Assembly (NCBI RefSeq): GCF_001194135.2
Contig: NC_068981.1
Span: forward strand, 115,681,528 to 115,745,527
From: Octopus bimaculoides
Lineage: Eukaryota
Direction of reading: 5' to 3'
DNA length: 64,000 nucleotides
Shown: positions 37,343-50,774 of the stretch, one piece after another
Layout: each line of letters opens with the position of its first letter
Numbering within the stretch: the stretch's first letter is position 1
Position numbers and translations under genes: made by a program
Notes under the pieces: generated by a model
The model's database searches: none
Told to the model about the DNA's origin: nothing
The model's input: the letters and a program-made list of their open reading frames with translations, nothing else

Positions 37343-38205
37343 CTAGACAAGAGAAATAATAAACAATAATAAAAAAGAACAAGAATAACGGCTTCTAACT
37401 CGTATGCGAACTAAGTTGTTTAACAATGGCTAAAGCTCAAAGGAGGATTTGAACTTAGCACTGAAACATGAGATGATCCTGCATCTATATCCTCAAATCG
37501 ATATGAATTGTATTTACTCATGGTATTCATTTTCAACTAAATTCGGTAGCATCCACAGAAGCTTTCACATCATGTTCAGAGATATTAACAGTTTGTATCT
37601 TTCTGTCTCATAGTTCAAACAGATTGTACAACATTCGTGCGAACATACACTCTGTTAGTTCATTCATTAGTAGACCGACATCATGTTCAGTCAGCTATCT
37701 GCAACTCATTAGTGAACTGAGTCTCGTAAAAGATCTCCTGAAACGCAACATGGCAGATGATTTGAAATCCCGATCCATGAACTGGAACGCTAATAAGTAT
37801 TTCGCCGCTGCCCTAGAGCATATTTATCTTAGTCTTTCTTTTCCACCAAGCACATTAATAACTTTTTGTATACTTGTGCGATTGACCTTGATAGATTGAA
37901 ATTCTTCGACCAAACCCTCCTCCTGAAATAAGACGGAAGAAATTGAGCTAGGACGTGCATGTCATAAAAGTACTCAGTTTTACTCTTGATAGATCTTACA
38001 GTCGTGACCTACGCTATTTACAGCCAAGTAAATTGGGCCATTGAGATTTAAGCATCTTTCAGAGCAGAAACCGCACAAGATCAATGGAAAGATACGAACT
38101 ACCTTCTTGATGAATGTTGTCCGATACATCTGTGGCTGTCAGAGAATGTTAGTGGATGTAAGTGCAATGAAATATAAAGAAAGCCACAAGAAAGAACAAA
38201 AATAC

Positions 38206-38375
38206 CAAAATTCGGAGACTGGAGTTAGTTTATTGGACGTGTAATCTTGATCTTTATTCGTTTTGATAACTTTTTGCACCGGAGCCGTTGTTTTTCTGGA
38301 GGATGCTATATTCGGTTGATTACTTTTCATTGTATTCTCTTTCATTATGTAGTCTTTACTGAGAATATTTGTAAT
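38206..38375 (-). CDS. SOHLH2: SOHLH-like exon 8
   Basis: TTGCAG acceptor in phase 0, open for 170 nt, GTATTT donor in phase 2. Confidence 0.78.
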
Positions 38376-39964
38376 CTGCAATGAAAATAAACGACTTGAA
38401 TCCATGCAAATTTACAAACCACGAAGGCTATTATGTGAATAAGTTCGTACAATGTCATTAATGCATTACATTTTCTTAAGCTGCATCCACCTTGTTGCAC
38501 CATACTCAATACAATTGTGTACCATAGTGAATGAGGTACATGGTAAGCTAATCAGTATAAACAGTAGTTACATGAAGCAGTTTTAGGATGTTCACTATTG
38601 ATACTATTGAAATTCTTTCATATATTTTTCGTATGGCTTAGAAGTAATGAGAAGAGTGAATTTAATAGAACACACGTAATTTGTAATGTATAAGTGAGAC
38701 GAATCAGTGAAAGAGCTTCTACACAGTCAATTGCCTTCCTTGAAATAGCAGCGTAGTTGCCCTTATATGGCAGCACCAGATGAGTATCTTGATTCTTTAG
38801 ATATACAGTTTCTGTGACTACTTTATTCAAATACATTCATAAGAAAAGTGTTATTTGAAAGAGTTCTGACTGCTATTTCTAGCAGATCAAACAAGAGCAA
38901 GATGTTTCCTCTTCTGTCCAATCATCGAAATCATTTCAATGGTGTATCAGCAAACTTGAAGATTGCAGAGTACCACTATTAGAAGTTCAAGTTCCTAAAT
39001 GCTGGTTTGTTTGTGACGGAGTGCGAATACCATAAATATTTAGAAATGGAAGAAATGAAATACACGTTAAGTGTTATGAATTTGCCAATGACATAAAAAT
39101 ATCTTTGGGAAGTTGAACTCCTGATTAATACCAGACAACCAATTTGTACCCTGTCATTAGAGTTTTATTTGTGGTCAAGATAATACTTTCAGTATCCGGG
39201 AACATCTAATGAATATATCCAAGAACTGTCACATGTGTATTTGTAAACTATACGGTAGCAGAGTTATGGAATTCAGAAATATTTTGTTAGATTTCTGGTT
39301 CTTTCAAGGAAGTCACATCTAACAGGATAGCGTCATGAACCTGAGTAAGATTTATCTTATTGACTCAACACTAATAAATCTGTATTTCAGCACTTACCGA
39401 ACTCTGTTAGCGCTATAGTCCAAGGAAACTTGTGTCAGCTGACAATTGAAGCCAAACCGAATTCTAGAATTTGTCAGGAGCTACTGCTTGCTCTATCTTA
39501 AATCTAAAACATATATTTTCCAGAGGTGATGGATATCTTGACACTATTCTAATAGTCTTAGAGTAATAGAAATAATCGCGTCATTCAGGGACGTTATTGT
39601 TGACAACCAACTTGTTATAATGAAGGCATTAATTTCACAGTAATATACTGAGTTTGGTCAATTAGCTGTCTGCTACAACCCAAATAGTCTTAACTTATTG
39701 AGGAGCAGCGTTCACTCATGGGGCTGCTACAACTGATGAAGAGAAAAAACACTGAAACACAGTGAAAGGGAACTCAATTCATTAAAAGATCCCAACCAAC
39801 CTCAATTTTTTTTTATCCATGTGTGATATGTAGCAAAAAGGTTTTCCCAACCAGAGTAGCCTAATCAGTTATTTCTTAATACATCGCTTCATTAATAATT
39901 TAATACACAGAAACATTAATAAAAAATTTAAAATGTAAGCAGATTATTATGATTTTTTTTTTAC

Positions 39965-40112
39965 CTGAGACTGTAATTCTTGTGGTAAGATAGTGTTGAC
40001 TATTTTTATGTAATTAACACCTAATTCTAGAATGGACGCCATGTCAGTTTTCCTGCCTCTGACGTATGGTAGTAGTACTCTTAATTGACCACAGCTTTCT
40101 TTAATGCGTTCT
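39965..40112 (-). CDS. SOHLH2: SOHLH-like exon 7, helix-loop-helix (ERIKESCGQLRVLLPYVRGRKTDMASILELGVNYIK)
   Basis: Close match to the SOHLH2 bHLH as recalled (ERIKYCCEQLRTLLPYVKGRKNDAASVLEATVDYVK). TTTGCAG acceptor and GTAAAA donor, phase 2 to 0. Confidence 0.93.
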
Positions 40113-40709
40113 CTGCAAATGAATGAATAAATATATAAATACGTTAATAATATCCAAAGCGATAAATTAACGGTTTAGTACTGTATACAAATCTAAGACG
40201 GTACTGCTCTAATACATGGATATCAAATTCTTAGATCGAATGCCAAAATAGAACTTTTAGTTGTTTGGCAACGACTCATTTACCAACTTGCTACAACTAA
40301 GTCACATATAATCACCTCCATCTGTATTAATAGTAGCTTCTAAAACAGCTTCTGAGCTGGTAACATGTCCATCACATATAGGTATGTCCACCTGACTCAC
40401 TTCCATCTTCTCCACTTGTCATCAACAGTGGGTCCCACTACTCAAGGTCCACACTGACTGCTTCGCATAAACCTTCATATGAAGCAAATCATCCTTCTAG
40501 AAACTATTTGCCAATACCCCCCCCCCNNNNNNNNNNNNNNNNNNNNNNNNNNNNNNNNNNNNNNNNNNNNNNNNCGCCACAAGGAGATTGAAACTGAACA
40601 CATTTCAGGCTAAATATCAGCCTGAGAAGACTTGCAAAGGTCAGAGTTTCTCTCCTCCACATCTTCCTTTTCAATAATACAAAAATAGTCTCAATATCGT
40701 ATGCGTGTG

Positions 40710-40741
<32 letters not shown>

Positions 40742-41691
40742 GAGACATGGACATTTGTGCGCATGAATACACAGAAGCACATCATTGACATGCATACACA
40801 AACACACACAATCGTACACAAATATACATATGGACATACATACACATACACCCGCACACACATATGGACACAAAACGGACTCGCCCACGCACATGCTGAC
40901 ATACACACACACACACATTTTCCACTCCTCGCTTGCCCGGCACAGAAACATACACGGATTTACATACATGTTGACGTATTGATTCGAGAGATATATGTCC
41001 ACCACACATTATTTAACAAATAACTGTTATAGTCTGGGTGCCAGCTGGAAGATTTCTACATGATGAGGTACAGTTCAGTGGGGGAAGCACATCATATATA
41101 ATGGAGATGTTTAGATGTATTTATGAGGTGCACTTTGACCTACGAAGAAGGCAACGTGAAAAGAGTCATTCTGGAGCATCATTATATGATGTGAAAAGAA
41201 AACTTTCAGTGGTGTTCAAAATTACAAATTATTATATATCGTCCAGATTGTTAATGTTTAATCCAGTGATAGAGAGGTCGTCTCCAAGCAATATATGGGA
41301 AATATTGTTCAGGAAATTAGTTTGAGGTCAAATTTCACAGTTCATTTCGTTGATGATTAATTTTTGTGGTGAAATGGATAAGGGGGAATCTTATTCTAGA
41401 TATGATGCCAAGTAAATTCTCTAATAAGAAAAACTGGACTTAGCACACTAAACTAATGATTCACTCATTAAATTTACTATGTACAATTAAGATGTCCCTT
41501 AATATATGTTTAAATCAAAGAATACAGTTAAGGGATTGCATTCAACGTCGACGTTGTGCAATGCTTACAATAAAATATGAACTACCAGCTGGCTGACTGT
41601 CTGGTAATGTATTAACTCAACTATCAGTATTCACTCTTAACGAGTAATAGTCAAGGATATTACATACAACTGAAGACAATGTTCTACGTAC

Positions 41692-41847
41692 CGACGTAAC
41701 TTTTCCTTGGCTGTGTGATCATGTCCGTTAGAAATGTTTGGAGATTTCAACTGACCAGTGATTGTTGTTATATTTGTTTGTCCTAGCCTGGTAGCATATT
41801 GGTCGAATTCACGGATATGAGGCGGAATTCCTTCATCGCAATCAACA
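41692..41847 (-). CDS. SOHLH2: SOHLH-like exon 6, ending in the basic region HTAKEKLRR
   Basis: Long polypyrimidine tract plus TTTCAG acceptor, GTACGT donor, phase 2 to 2. Human SOHLH2 basic region is HSSKEKLRR. Confidence 0.88.
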
Positions 41848-42992
41848 CTGAAACCAGTTTGAAAGCAAAAAAAAAAAAAAAAAAAAAAAAGAAAAAAAGT
41901 GATTACTAATAAAGATACAGAGTTACATATTTTGGGTAAGTCACAATGGATAATATCCATTCCAGTATTTTAAATCACAGCTATATTATCTACTCTTGAA
42001 AGTAGATCCACAGCAAGTTTTAAAGTTAAATATAAAAAGGAAATAATACAACAAGCATTCTGGTTCAGCGCTGTAATGATTGTAACTAATAATAATCCTT
42101 CCTACTGTAACTCACACTTTTTGTCTCCTCTTTCCCAGAGTAAGTGATAATTAATAATCAATCTCCTTACCACATCAAATGCTGTTTATAACCTCTGACC
42201 TCTCCTGTGCTGTGCTGGAAGAAGAGATCCACCGGACTCTCGACCCGAATGTGGTAGTACTAACGAGGAATCGATTTCGTTTTCTTCTGTTCTGACTGTA
42301 TACAGAACTGTAACCAGTAATGCTCTAGAAATGCTGTTTGGCAACAGCCATGGTCTCGACCTCTAGGGCCCTGCTGTCGTTGCTGTTTGCCTCATCCTTT
42401 TTTTTCTTTACCTATTTTGGAAAGAAGGCTTTCATATGAGCGTCTGCCTTGCACTACCAATCTGATTGACCTCCCTGCTCCCTCAATTGGGTACAGCTGA
42501 AGGACGTAGTCTTGTGTTATTCGATCAGGACATTGAGTTTCCTGCATACCCTACCCAGCCATGTTGTTGCACTTTCATGCTCACAACATGTCCATATACT
42601 TGCATAATGGCAACAAGAAGCCAGATGTCAATTCTTGTGTCAATATCCCTGGCAGTGATCCTTGTATTCTTATAGAGTGACACTAGCCTGTGACATGCTA
42701 GATCTGCCTCCTCGCCTGATTCTCTGACTATACAAATGCTTCCATATAACCCGTCCCGATCTAGAGGAAATACATCCTACCACGCATCAGCTAGGATTTA
42801 ATTACTATTGTTGAGCGAAAGAAGACAGAAGCGATCGTTACCTCTTAAATAATTACCATAATACAGCGTGTCCTGCACGACAGCCTTAATTTCAAGAGAA
42901 AACCAATTTAGTTAATTAAGGCTTCGCGTCATAGTCACACCCTACCATAAAGTATGCAATAAAATGGCTCATTATTATGCAATTAAGATATT

Positions 42993-43155
42993 AGTTTCAA
43001 ATTTTGGCACAAGACCAGCAGTCGTGGGGGAGAACTCCGAAAGAATGAATGGCAAAGCTGACCCCAGCAGAATTGAACTAAGAATGTGATGCTGGAAGAA
43101 ATGCCGCTAAGCATTTTATCCGGTATGCTAACGATTCTGCTACTCGCAGCCTTCT
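42993..43155 (-). mobile_element. SINE family A copy (internally shortened)
   Basis: GAAATGCCGCTAAGCATTTTATCCGGTATGCTAACGATTCTGC on the plus strand. Confidence 0.7.
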
Positions 43156-43731
43156 GCTAGAGTATTAACGACATAAATGAAGTGGCTAGAGCTAGAATTC
43201 GAATCCTGTCAAGTTCGCATAAAAAATAAAAGACAATATTTGTTTTTTTAAAAGAAACCACTTTAAAGGGCTGAACAAATATAATTCGATATGATACACT
43301 TGAAAAGGTGGTGTTTTAGCAGTCTCTAAAGCGTCAAATTGAGTGCCTTACGATACAGGTTTCGGCTCGCTGCTCTCTGAGTTCAAATGCCGCTACGGTC
43401 AATTTGTTTTTTATTCTCTAGAGGTCAATAAATAAAGAACAATCCAGATACGAGGACAATTCTTCTCTCACTCTTTCTCTTGGGAAGAAATCGGCTGCAA
43501 CTCAGGCTATTTTAAAACTACCAGTTTTAAAATACTAGGTCACACCGTATGTTTCAATAGTGCTTCTTCGACTCCATCAAACATTAAAGATCTCTTCTAT
43601 CGTTTCTCTTGAAAGTTATGTGGACAGGGATTTCTATAATAATAAAAGCATGATTTAAGATACCACAAAATATTTGTACAGAATTTTAGGTCAGTACCTT
43701 TATAAGAACTATTTCAATTCGCCATACTTAC

Positions 43732-43804
43732 TCTGCTAGATTGGTAGAATCCTCTGAGCAAGAATTAGTATCACTTGAGCAAGTCTCTGTAGTCACTTGT
43801 TCCG
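43732..43804 (-). CDS. SOHLH2: SOHLH-like exon 5
   Basis: TTCCTTAAAG acceptor and GTAAGT donor, phase 1 to 2. Confidence 0.8.
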
Positions 43805-44249
43805 CTTTAAGGAAATATACATTTTTAAAAATTATGTTATAACTTGAATATATAAACAAATACATGAAATAAAAAATAAAAGAAATACTTATGTAATGTA
43901 TATTTTCTTTCTTCAAACAATAACGATTATTTCATTGATTTGAATAGAAGTTCAGTTCAATGAAACATTCGTCATTTATATAATATTTGAAGGCAATGGA
44001 CCATAGAATCGTTCTAGGGACGGATAAAATGTCTTGCGATATATAGTTGCTTCCTTTTACGTTCAGAGGTCAATTTCTGATTTATTCTTCGAGATTTGAT
44101 GAAATGAATAAGTACTGGTTTTGATATTCTTGAGTATTTTCTCCCAACAAAGTGTAACCATGCATATCAGAAATAAATCACTTGTATTATGTTTTAATGA
44201 GTGAAAATCCAAGCCCAGATTAATTCCTATAAAGACACATACAACTAAC

Positions 44250-44354
44250 CTTCATTCAGTTGAACAGATGTCAATTTGCTGTATTTATTTTGGACAATGG
44301 ACTTCGTGACTGGTTGAACAACGGTTTCATCAATACCATGGAGTTTAAGATCAA
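44250..44354 (-). CDS. SOHLH2: SOHLH-like exon 4 (DLKLHGIDETVVQPVTKSIVQNKYSKLTSVQLNE)
   Basis: Poly-T-CAG acceptor and GTTAGT donor, phase 1 to 1. Resembles human SOHLH2 HGMDIALTEPLT. Confidence 0.85.
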
Positions 44355-45383
44355 CTGAAAAAAAAAAAAAAATGAAATAATGAAATTAACAATTATTAAT
44401 AAAATAAAACGAACATAATTTCCTCAGTTCCTATTTTTTACGGAAATTGTTTTCTTTTGATTTGCTTATGTATCAAATAAAGAGATTTATATAAAATCTT
44501 TTTCTTTGCACAATCATACTTTATATATTGTTATCATTCAATTACATCTGATAGAGACGGTCAAAAATTCAAACAAAAAAGCCAAAAGTTCTTGTGAAGG
44601 TACCTGACTTTTATTCAACCGATAACGATTCGGATTAATTTAAAGAACTGAGCAAAACCAGTGGGTCAAACTTTATTGTTGAATCATCATTTTGACTCTC
44701 ACAGATAAACAATTGAGAAAGCTGCGATGAACATCAATTTTGGTGGAACTTTTTAAGTGTCTGAATAAGAAATCTGAAGTTATGCAATATCATATTTCAC
44801 GAAAAATGATATCAGAAGGACGTTTGTATCAGTGACATGAATCAATTAATTTGCAGAATCAATCATATAATTCATGATTTTGACGACAAGGAGTGTTGGG
44901 ATTTACTCCAGTTTTCACCACTTTAAGTGACTGAGTCATTTTACTTTTCAGGTCATTTATCGCAAATTTTATTAATGAGAGAATATAAGTTAACACAAAA
45001 GCCTACAGAAAGATAAGGAAACTCCAGCATTTGTAGTAGCTTTTCGGTAAATATTACATATATTCCGAGTTCAAATCATGCTGAGGATTGTCGTTGCTTA
45101 TCTTATGAAGTCAATGAAAATAAGTACCTTACTTGTACTGGTATCGATTATTCTAAACAATCAGATTTCCTTAACCTATTACACCAATACCAGAACTCAT
45201 TTGTACATTTTTCGATTGGTGGCGTATGTTTAAAACAAGATGGATTGGGCTATTTGAGAGTTAAGCCAGTAAGCATGAGGGATGAATACTTAAAGCGTTT
45301 TTACCAAGGAACTGGTACAGAGATGACGGCTCATGTAATTCAATAATTATAAATATAATAAATAAGCTTTAGAAAAAACTTAC

Positions 45384-45445
45384 CATCAATTTTAGTTGGA
45401 GAGACTCCGATAACGATAGTATTTTTGTTATATTTACTGACATAT
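45384..45445 (-). CDS. SOHLH2: SOHLH-like exon 3 (YVSKYNKNTIVIGVSPTKID)
   Basis: TTGTTTAG acceptor and GTAAGT donor, phase 2 to 1, joins both neighbours in frame. Confidence 0.85.
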
Positions 45446-46003
45446 CTAAACAACAAGAGAGATTTTCTATATCAAAACGAAATTAAAAACAAAGGACAAA
45501 ATACAACTGTTTTCAAGCAAAAATAGCACACTTTTATCTTATAACTTTCTTATATTCCTTTCCTATCCAACAGTGCGCTACGAACAGTTGATAACTAAAC
45601 TTTCAAGATGTGATTGTAGCAAAGAATGCACTAAAACTTTTAAATATTTTTGAGAAAGATCTGCAAGATAATTATGCACTAGAAATTAAACAAGTTCCTA
45701 AGTATTTTCTTGAAAAATTGATGAATTCTACCAAGAGAATCGACTGAATACATTAAGGGATAACATACTTAAGTATGTAAGTGGTTTGATTGATAATGAT
45801 TAGCTATAGTAGAAATTTTGTGTTTAGATAATCCCCCCAAAAAATTTTAGCGAAGCAATAGTGGGTATTATAAGGAAAATGCCCAAATTAAAAAATAATG
45901 CTGTAAGTCTCGTAACTAATGTTATCATTTTATAATGTTTTGGTGAATTGCCTATAAGAACCGAGTCTAACTCCATGTCGTAGTGATTTTCATTCAGCCA
46001 GTC

Positions 46004-46065
46004 TATGATTAATATACCACGAGATTTAAGTTTGTAAACTTAAATCTCGTGGTATATTAATCATA
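46004..46065. other. Perfect 30-bp inverted repeat with a 2-nt loop (intron of the SOHLH-like gene)
   Basis: TATGATTAATATACCACGAGATTTAAGTTT-GT-AAACTTAAATCTCGTGGTATATTAATCATA. Confidence 0.97.
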
Positions 46066-46334
46066 TTTTTGTATCAGGTTGAGAAGTAAGTGCTATATCC
46101 TCAAGACACTAAGTTGCATGAAGTGAATTATATGTTCTTCCTTACAAGCTTCTACTTTGTAAACGAGAGGAGTGTTTTTACAATGCTTTGATGAAAGACA
46201 CCGCCACGTGCTATACAGAGCAATCAATAATGAACGACTAAACCAAACCACTTATCAACATTACAGAAAAACTATGCACAAATAAAGCAAAATAGACATA
46301 ATTTATAAAAAATATTTTAGTGAAAACGACTTAC

Positions 46335-46831
46335 CTAATGGAAGTTGTAAGACTAAGTAACTCTTGATTGACTAGTGGGTTTACTAGAAGCCATATCAAG
46401 CTATAGGCTTGCCTGTTGCACATCTCATACGCACTTTCATCATCCATACACACTTGCACTTGATGACCAATAGTGAGCCGGGCTATTATTTCAGTTAGTT
46501 CTGTACACCATTTCAAGTTGCCTATCACTAAAGAGACACCGGCTGAGCACAACGGAGTTGATTGTGGTGATGGTGAGGCAGTTGGAATTGGTGGGCAATC
46601 TGAGGTTGTTCGTTGAGTAGCTGCAAGTGGTGAGCTTGGAGAAAGTGACTGAGCTGAAAGTGGTGATTGTGAAGTTGAATTATTAAGGCAATTGGGATAC
46701 TTATCTTTGGATGGCCCTGAATCACACAATACTTCTGTGCTTGTTGGAATCAAATCTGACGAAGAATCATCTGAAGTTTCAGGACTTGAACAATTGGTAC
46801 AAGTAAGATTTTTTTCATTGCCATCGTTGAC
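46335..46831 (-). CDS. SOHLH2: SOHLH-like exon 2: Ser/Pro-rich linker plus first half of the receiver-like domain
   Basis: TTGTTTAG acceptor, 497 nt open, GTAAGT donor in phase 2. Confidence 0.85.
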
Positions 46832-47045
46832 CTAAACAAGAAAGGGCATAATAGATGGCTTCGAATTTAAACTGATTAAGTTCTTTTAGCGAAAACAGTG
46901 TGTGGCACGTTAAACATTAGCTGAAAAACTATAAATGAAAACTCTTGCATCTCGTAATCAGAACAAGATCCGAAATCCAATGTTATAATATTCTAAGAGA
47001 TGAGACTGTAGTTACGTCCCCGTTCGTTAACACTGCATCTCAGGA

Positions 47046-47677
47046 GGCCTTTAACTCAAGGTGTTGCATTGGTCAGGGCAGTACATAGCTGTACTTACCA
47101 AGGCATCTTTAGAAGGCACAATCGTCGTTAGTCAAGTTTGTCTGTTGATCATAGATACCCGAAAACGCCAACGACGGGATGAAAGTGATTTGTCCTCCAG
47201 CTGCGATGCTGCTGACACTTTCATTGTACATATCTCCCGTTTCCCGTGGAGACCGGCCGAAAGTTAACAAGAAGATCAGGTAAAACGGCTGCGATTAACT
47301 GGTCGCACCACCCTGAATTAGGAGGATCCAAATTAGTCTTGTGGAATCCACTTCATGGGAATACAAGAAGAAGAAAACGTCGTCACACTTACATCGACAA
47401 CTTGATTGCAGACACTGGCCTGGAATGTATCCAAGACCTCGAGGCGGTGAGGTTGGACCAAGAAATGTTGCGAGTGGACTTTGTTGCTGCAGCCCGGGTA
47501 GGAATCCAGTCATAATAGTAAATATTGCATTCTCTTGGGAAGGACGCTAGTATATAGCAAGTAACTTTTCCCACTTTGTGAATCGACAGAATCCTCATCA
47601 GAAGTGGATTCCAAAGATGCCTTGATAAGTACAGCCATGTACTGCCCCGACCAATGCAACACCTTAAGTTAAAGGCC
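47046..47677. mobile_element. 69-bp inverted repeats enclosing an RTE-clade LINE 3' fragment
   Basis: Arms 47046-47114 and 47609-47677 (5 mismatches). Interior encodes SKLVLWNPLHGNTRRRKRRHTYIDNLIADTG, an RTE-like C-terminus. Confidence 0.75.
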
Positions 47678-49057
47678 AACAAGCTCTACCGCCATTGAAG
47701 GTTGTTGGAAGGTAACTGTTTTATTTATACAACGTATGCTGCCACAAAATACCAACCAACAACTTTCCAACTGGTGTCTGATACTGCTAGCGATTCAGCT
47801 CTTTCCTTCGTTGTGACTACTACTACTTCCCGCATTCCACCGAACATTTATATCAAAGGATAGAGGATATTTTCGTAGCCAGAAGACAAATATATTAAGC
47901 TTTCCAATAGAATTCATTACCGTTATAACTATTCGAATATCAAGAATTAATTAAAACCAAGGAAAATAAGGAAATAATTAATCTGTTCGTACGTCCTGTA
48001 AACTAGTGATTACAAAAAAGTAACCGATAGAATAAAGTACCAGACGTACAAAAAATTGCGTGATCAATTCCTTCTTCAAAGCGGTACTTCAGCATGGCTG
48101 CAGTCTAATGACTGAAGCAAGTAAATGATTAAAAAATGTATATGTAACTAATTAAAAATATATTGAGAAAAATAAAACGCACAAGAGATATTTTGGGTAC
48201 GGAAAAGTAAAGCGTTTAAGGGAAATAATTATTATTTATAATTCTAAGTTCTCTCCCTTGATATTTTTTTTTTGCCAGTATTAACATGATAAAAGTTGTT
48301 AGCTGGCGACTAAAGGCACCATCTTCAATTTGTCACTATTTAACCCCAGGCTAACCCTTACTGGGCACGTCTATGATCGTTGACGTTCCAATTGTGACCG
48401 TTTCGTCATTTCGTATATTTATGACCACATGGTCTTATAAACACTGTATTTTTAAGGGTATAGGATATGGTTTCAATGAGTGATGACTGCTATCTTTCGT
48501 AAGCTGAGTGACTACACAGTGGTTCCCACCTTTGTTACACGTCACGTCAGACTTGTATTATCTTTTTATAGTATGAAGAGTATGAAGAGCTGGAACGCAA
48601 ATAGAATTAAACTCTCAACGCAGTTGCTTGATTTGCTAGAAATAGATCCATAACATTCTGAAATAGCACTCTACCGTTTTTATTTTATTTTCAGAAGGAC
48701 ATTGTTTTAACATAGAAATGGCTAACATGCCTTTGATGATAGATCTCCTTAGTTAGAGATAATATGGAATTAAAAAATATCCTCCATGGTGCCGAATAGT
48801 ATTCATTAATTCTCAATGGCTCCATCCACCTAGTTGTTGATAAGCAAAACTATACAGTTGTAATCTGTATATCATTGGTTGCACACAACATTTCTTCTTC
48901 ATGCACTACTGAGGTGAAATTCTCTCACCGATATATCTATATAGAATGATGCAAGAATTTGGAAAATCCTCAATGATATAGAAAGCATTCATTTTCAATT
49001 CATATACACTTCGGTGTTGTTTTCTAGTCTTTTATCATTAAAATTAATAATGAAGTT

Positions 49058-49355
49058 GAGGCGTGTCGCTTAGTGGTTAGGGTATTCGCTTCACAATCAT
49101 AAGGACGCGAGTTCAGTTCCCGGTGGCGCCTTATTCCCGTTGCTCCAGTCCGCTCAGTTGGTGAAAATGAGTAGTACATGTATTTCAAAGGGCCATCCTT
49201 GTCACATTCTCTGTCACGCTGAATATCCCTGAGAACTACCATAAGGGTATATGTCTTGGAGTGCTCAGCCACATGCACGTTAATTACATGAGGACGCTGT
49301 TTCGTTGATCAGAGCAACAAGAACACTCGTCGTCGCAATCATCGGAGTGCCAGTA
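49058..49355 (+). mobile_element. tRNA-headed SINE family C
   Basis: GGCGTGTCGCTTAGTGGTTAGGGTATTCG...GAGTTCAGTTCCCG tRNA-like head followed by a non-tRNA body. Confidence 0.6.
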
Positions 49356-50737
49356 ATAATTAAGATTCACTACAGGCATATTTTTATTGCCATTTTTTGA
49401 TTCACTACATTCAATACGTTAAGAATCATTGACAGCGTTGATACGGTGATGTATTTTTCAGCCTACCCAATTATATAAGTGATTCTGCCGAGTTTACAAT
49501 CGATCTTTTAAAGGTTGTTAGCCTGATAATATTTTGAACTCAGCAGTAAAGCTCATGATAAATATTTTGAGCAAGCTGTACTGAAACCATAGAGAATTAA
49601 ATTTTCTTGACAATGTTACAACACAATCTGGAGCTGTTGGAAGGACACTGACAAGTTTTCGACAGAGAACTTTATATCGTATCTTTTTTTTTTTTGTTGC
49701 AATATTTGAATGGCGCTCTCAAAACTGGTGATGAACACCAGTCTCTCGGATCTTTGTGTTTTAGAAATATATATCGGACTTTCAGATTGTGAATGAGTCA
49801 ACACATTAGACAATCGAGAGGAAAGTCGAAGATTCATCTGTACACCAGGTGTGTTGTGTGCGGCCGACAACTTAATTATAAAATAATCCAATACATCTAA
49901 ATATGGATGAATACAGTAGTATCTAAGAATAAGCTCCGTAGGTTGCACTGGTAATAAGGTGGTGTTAAATTTCAGACTGTGAGTAGAACTTCAAGAGGAA
50001 AATTGTCAATGTTCCTCGACACAGAACAAATTTAAACGACAGTTTCAAGTTTACTCAAACAGACTTTGAGATTAGTTGCACGTCCATTCATAGGGTTTAG
50101 CTGGTTGAATTACAGATGTCAGCTAATTTTATACTGGGGTAAAAGCATGAATGGTTGCAGGTTTCTAGCAGGCCAATCACCGGCTCACTACACTTCTAAA
50201 AGTGCAAGGGACCAGAAACTGTAACTCGACAAAATTAAAAAAACTGCACGGGAAATTGTTTTCTAAAGTATTGGTTTTTCAGTCTCCCCGCCGAAATATA
50301 TATAACCGTTATATATATACTGTATCTTATGTGCACAAAAAGATATACGACTGCTGTGGTCAAGTTTAGAGCACTACGTAGATTATCATTATTCAATCTG
50401 ATCCTTAGTATAGTGGTTGAGCAACCAATATACTTAGTCGTATTACTAGTTATGCAGAGCAAATGTAGAACAAGTTTATTTTATTCTTTCCTACGTACGT
50501 TCCACCATTGTCGCTGTTTGAAACAAATGATTGTGTTTATCGTAAATTGTACGTATGTATGAATGATAGTTTCCTCAGTTTCTGTCTATCAAATCCCATT
50601 GACGAGATTTTAGTGACGCCGTGGCCATGGTAAAAAACAATCGCCACGGTGCCGATTGAAGTTCGTTTTGCAATGCCTACTTCAACTTGGCGGCGAACTG
50701 GTAGAGTTGTAAAGGGCGTCGGTTAGAGTACTGTGCA

Positions 50738-50774
<37 letters not shown>

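Noticed and set aside
44640-44760. Candidate SOHLH exon after TTATTCAG
   Set aside because: No phase-compatible donor. The exon at 45384-45445 fits exactly instead.
45018-45345. ATG-less open frame of about 110 codons on the plus strand
   Set aside because: Partly built from a decayed SINE, antisense to SOHLH, and has no recognisable motif.
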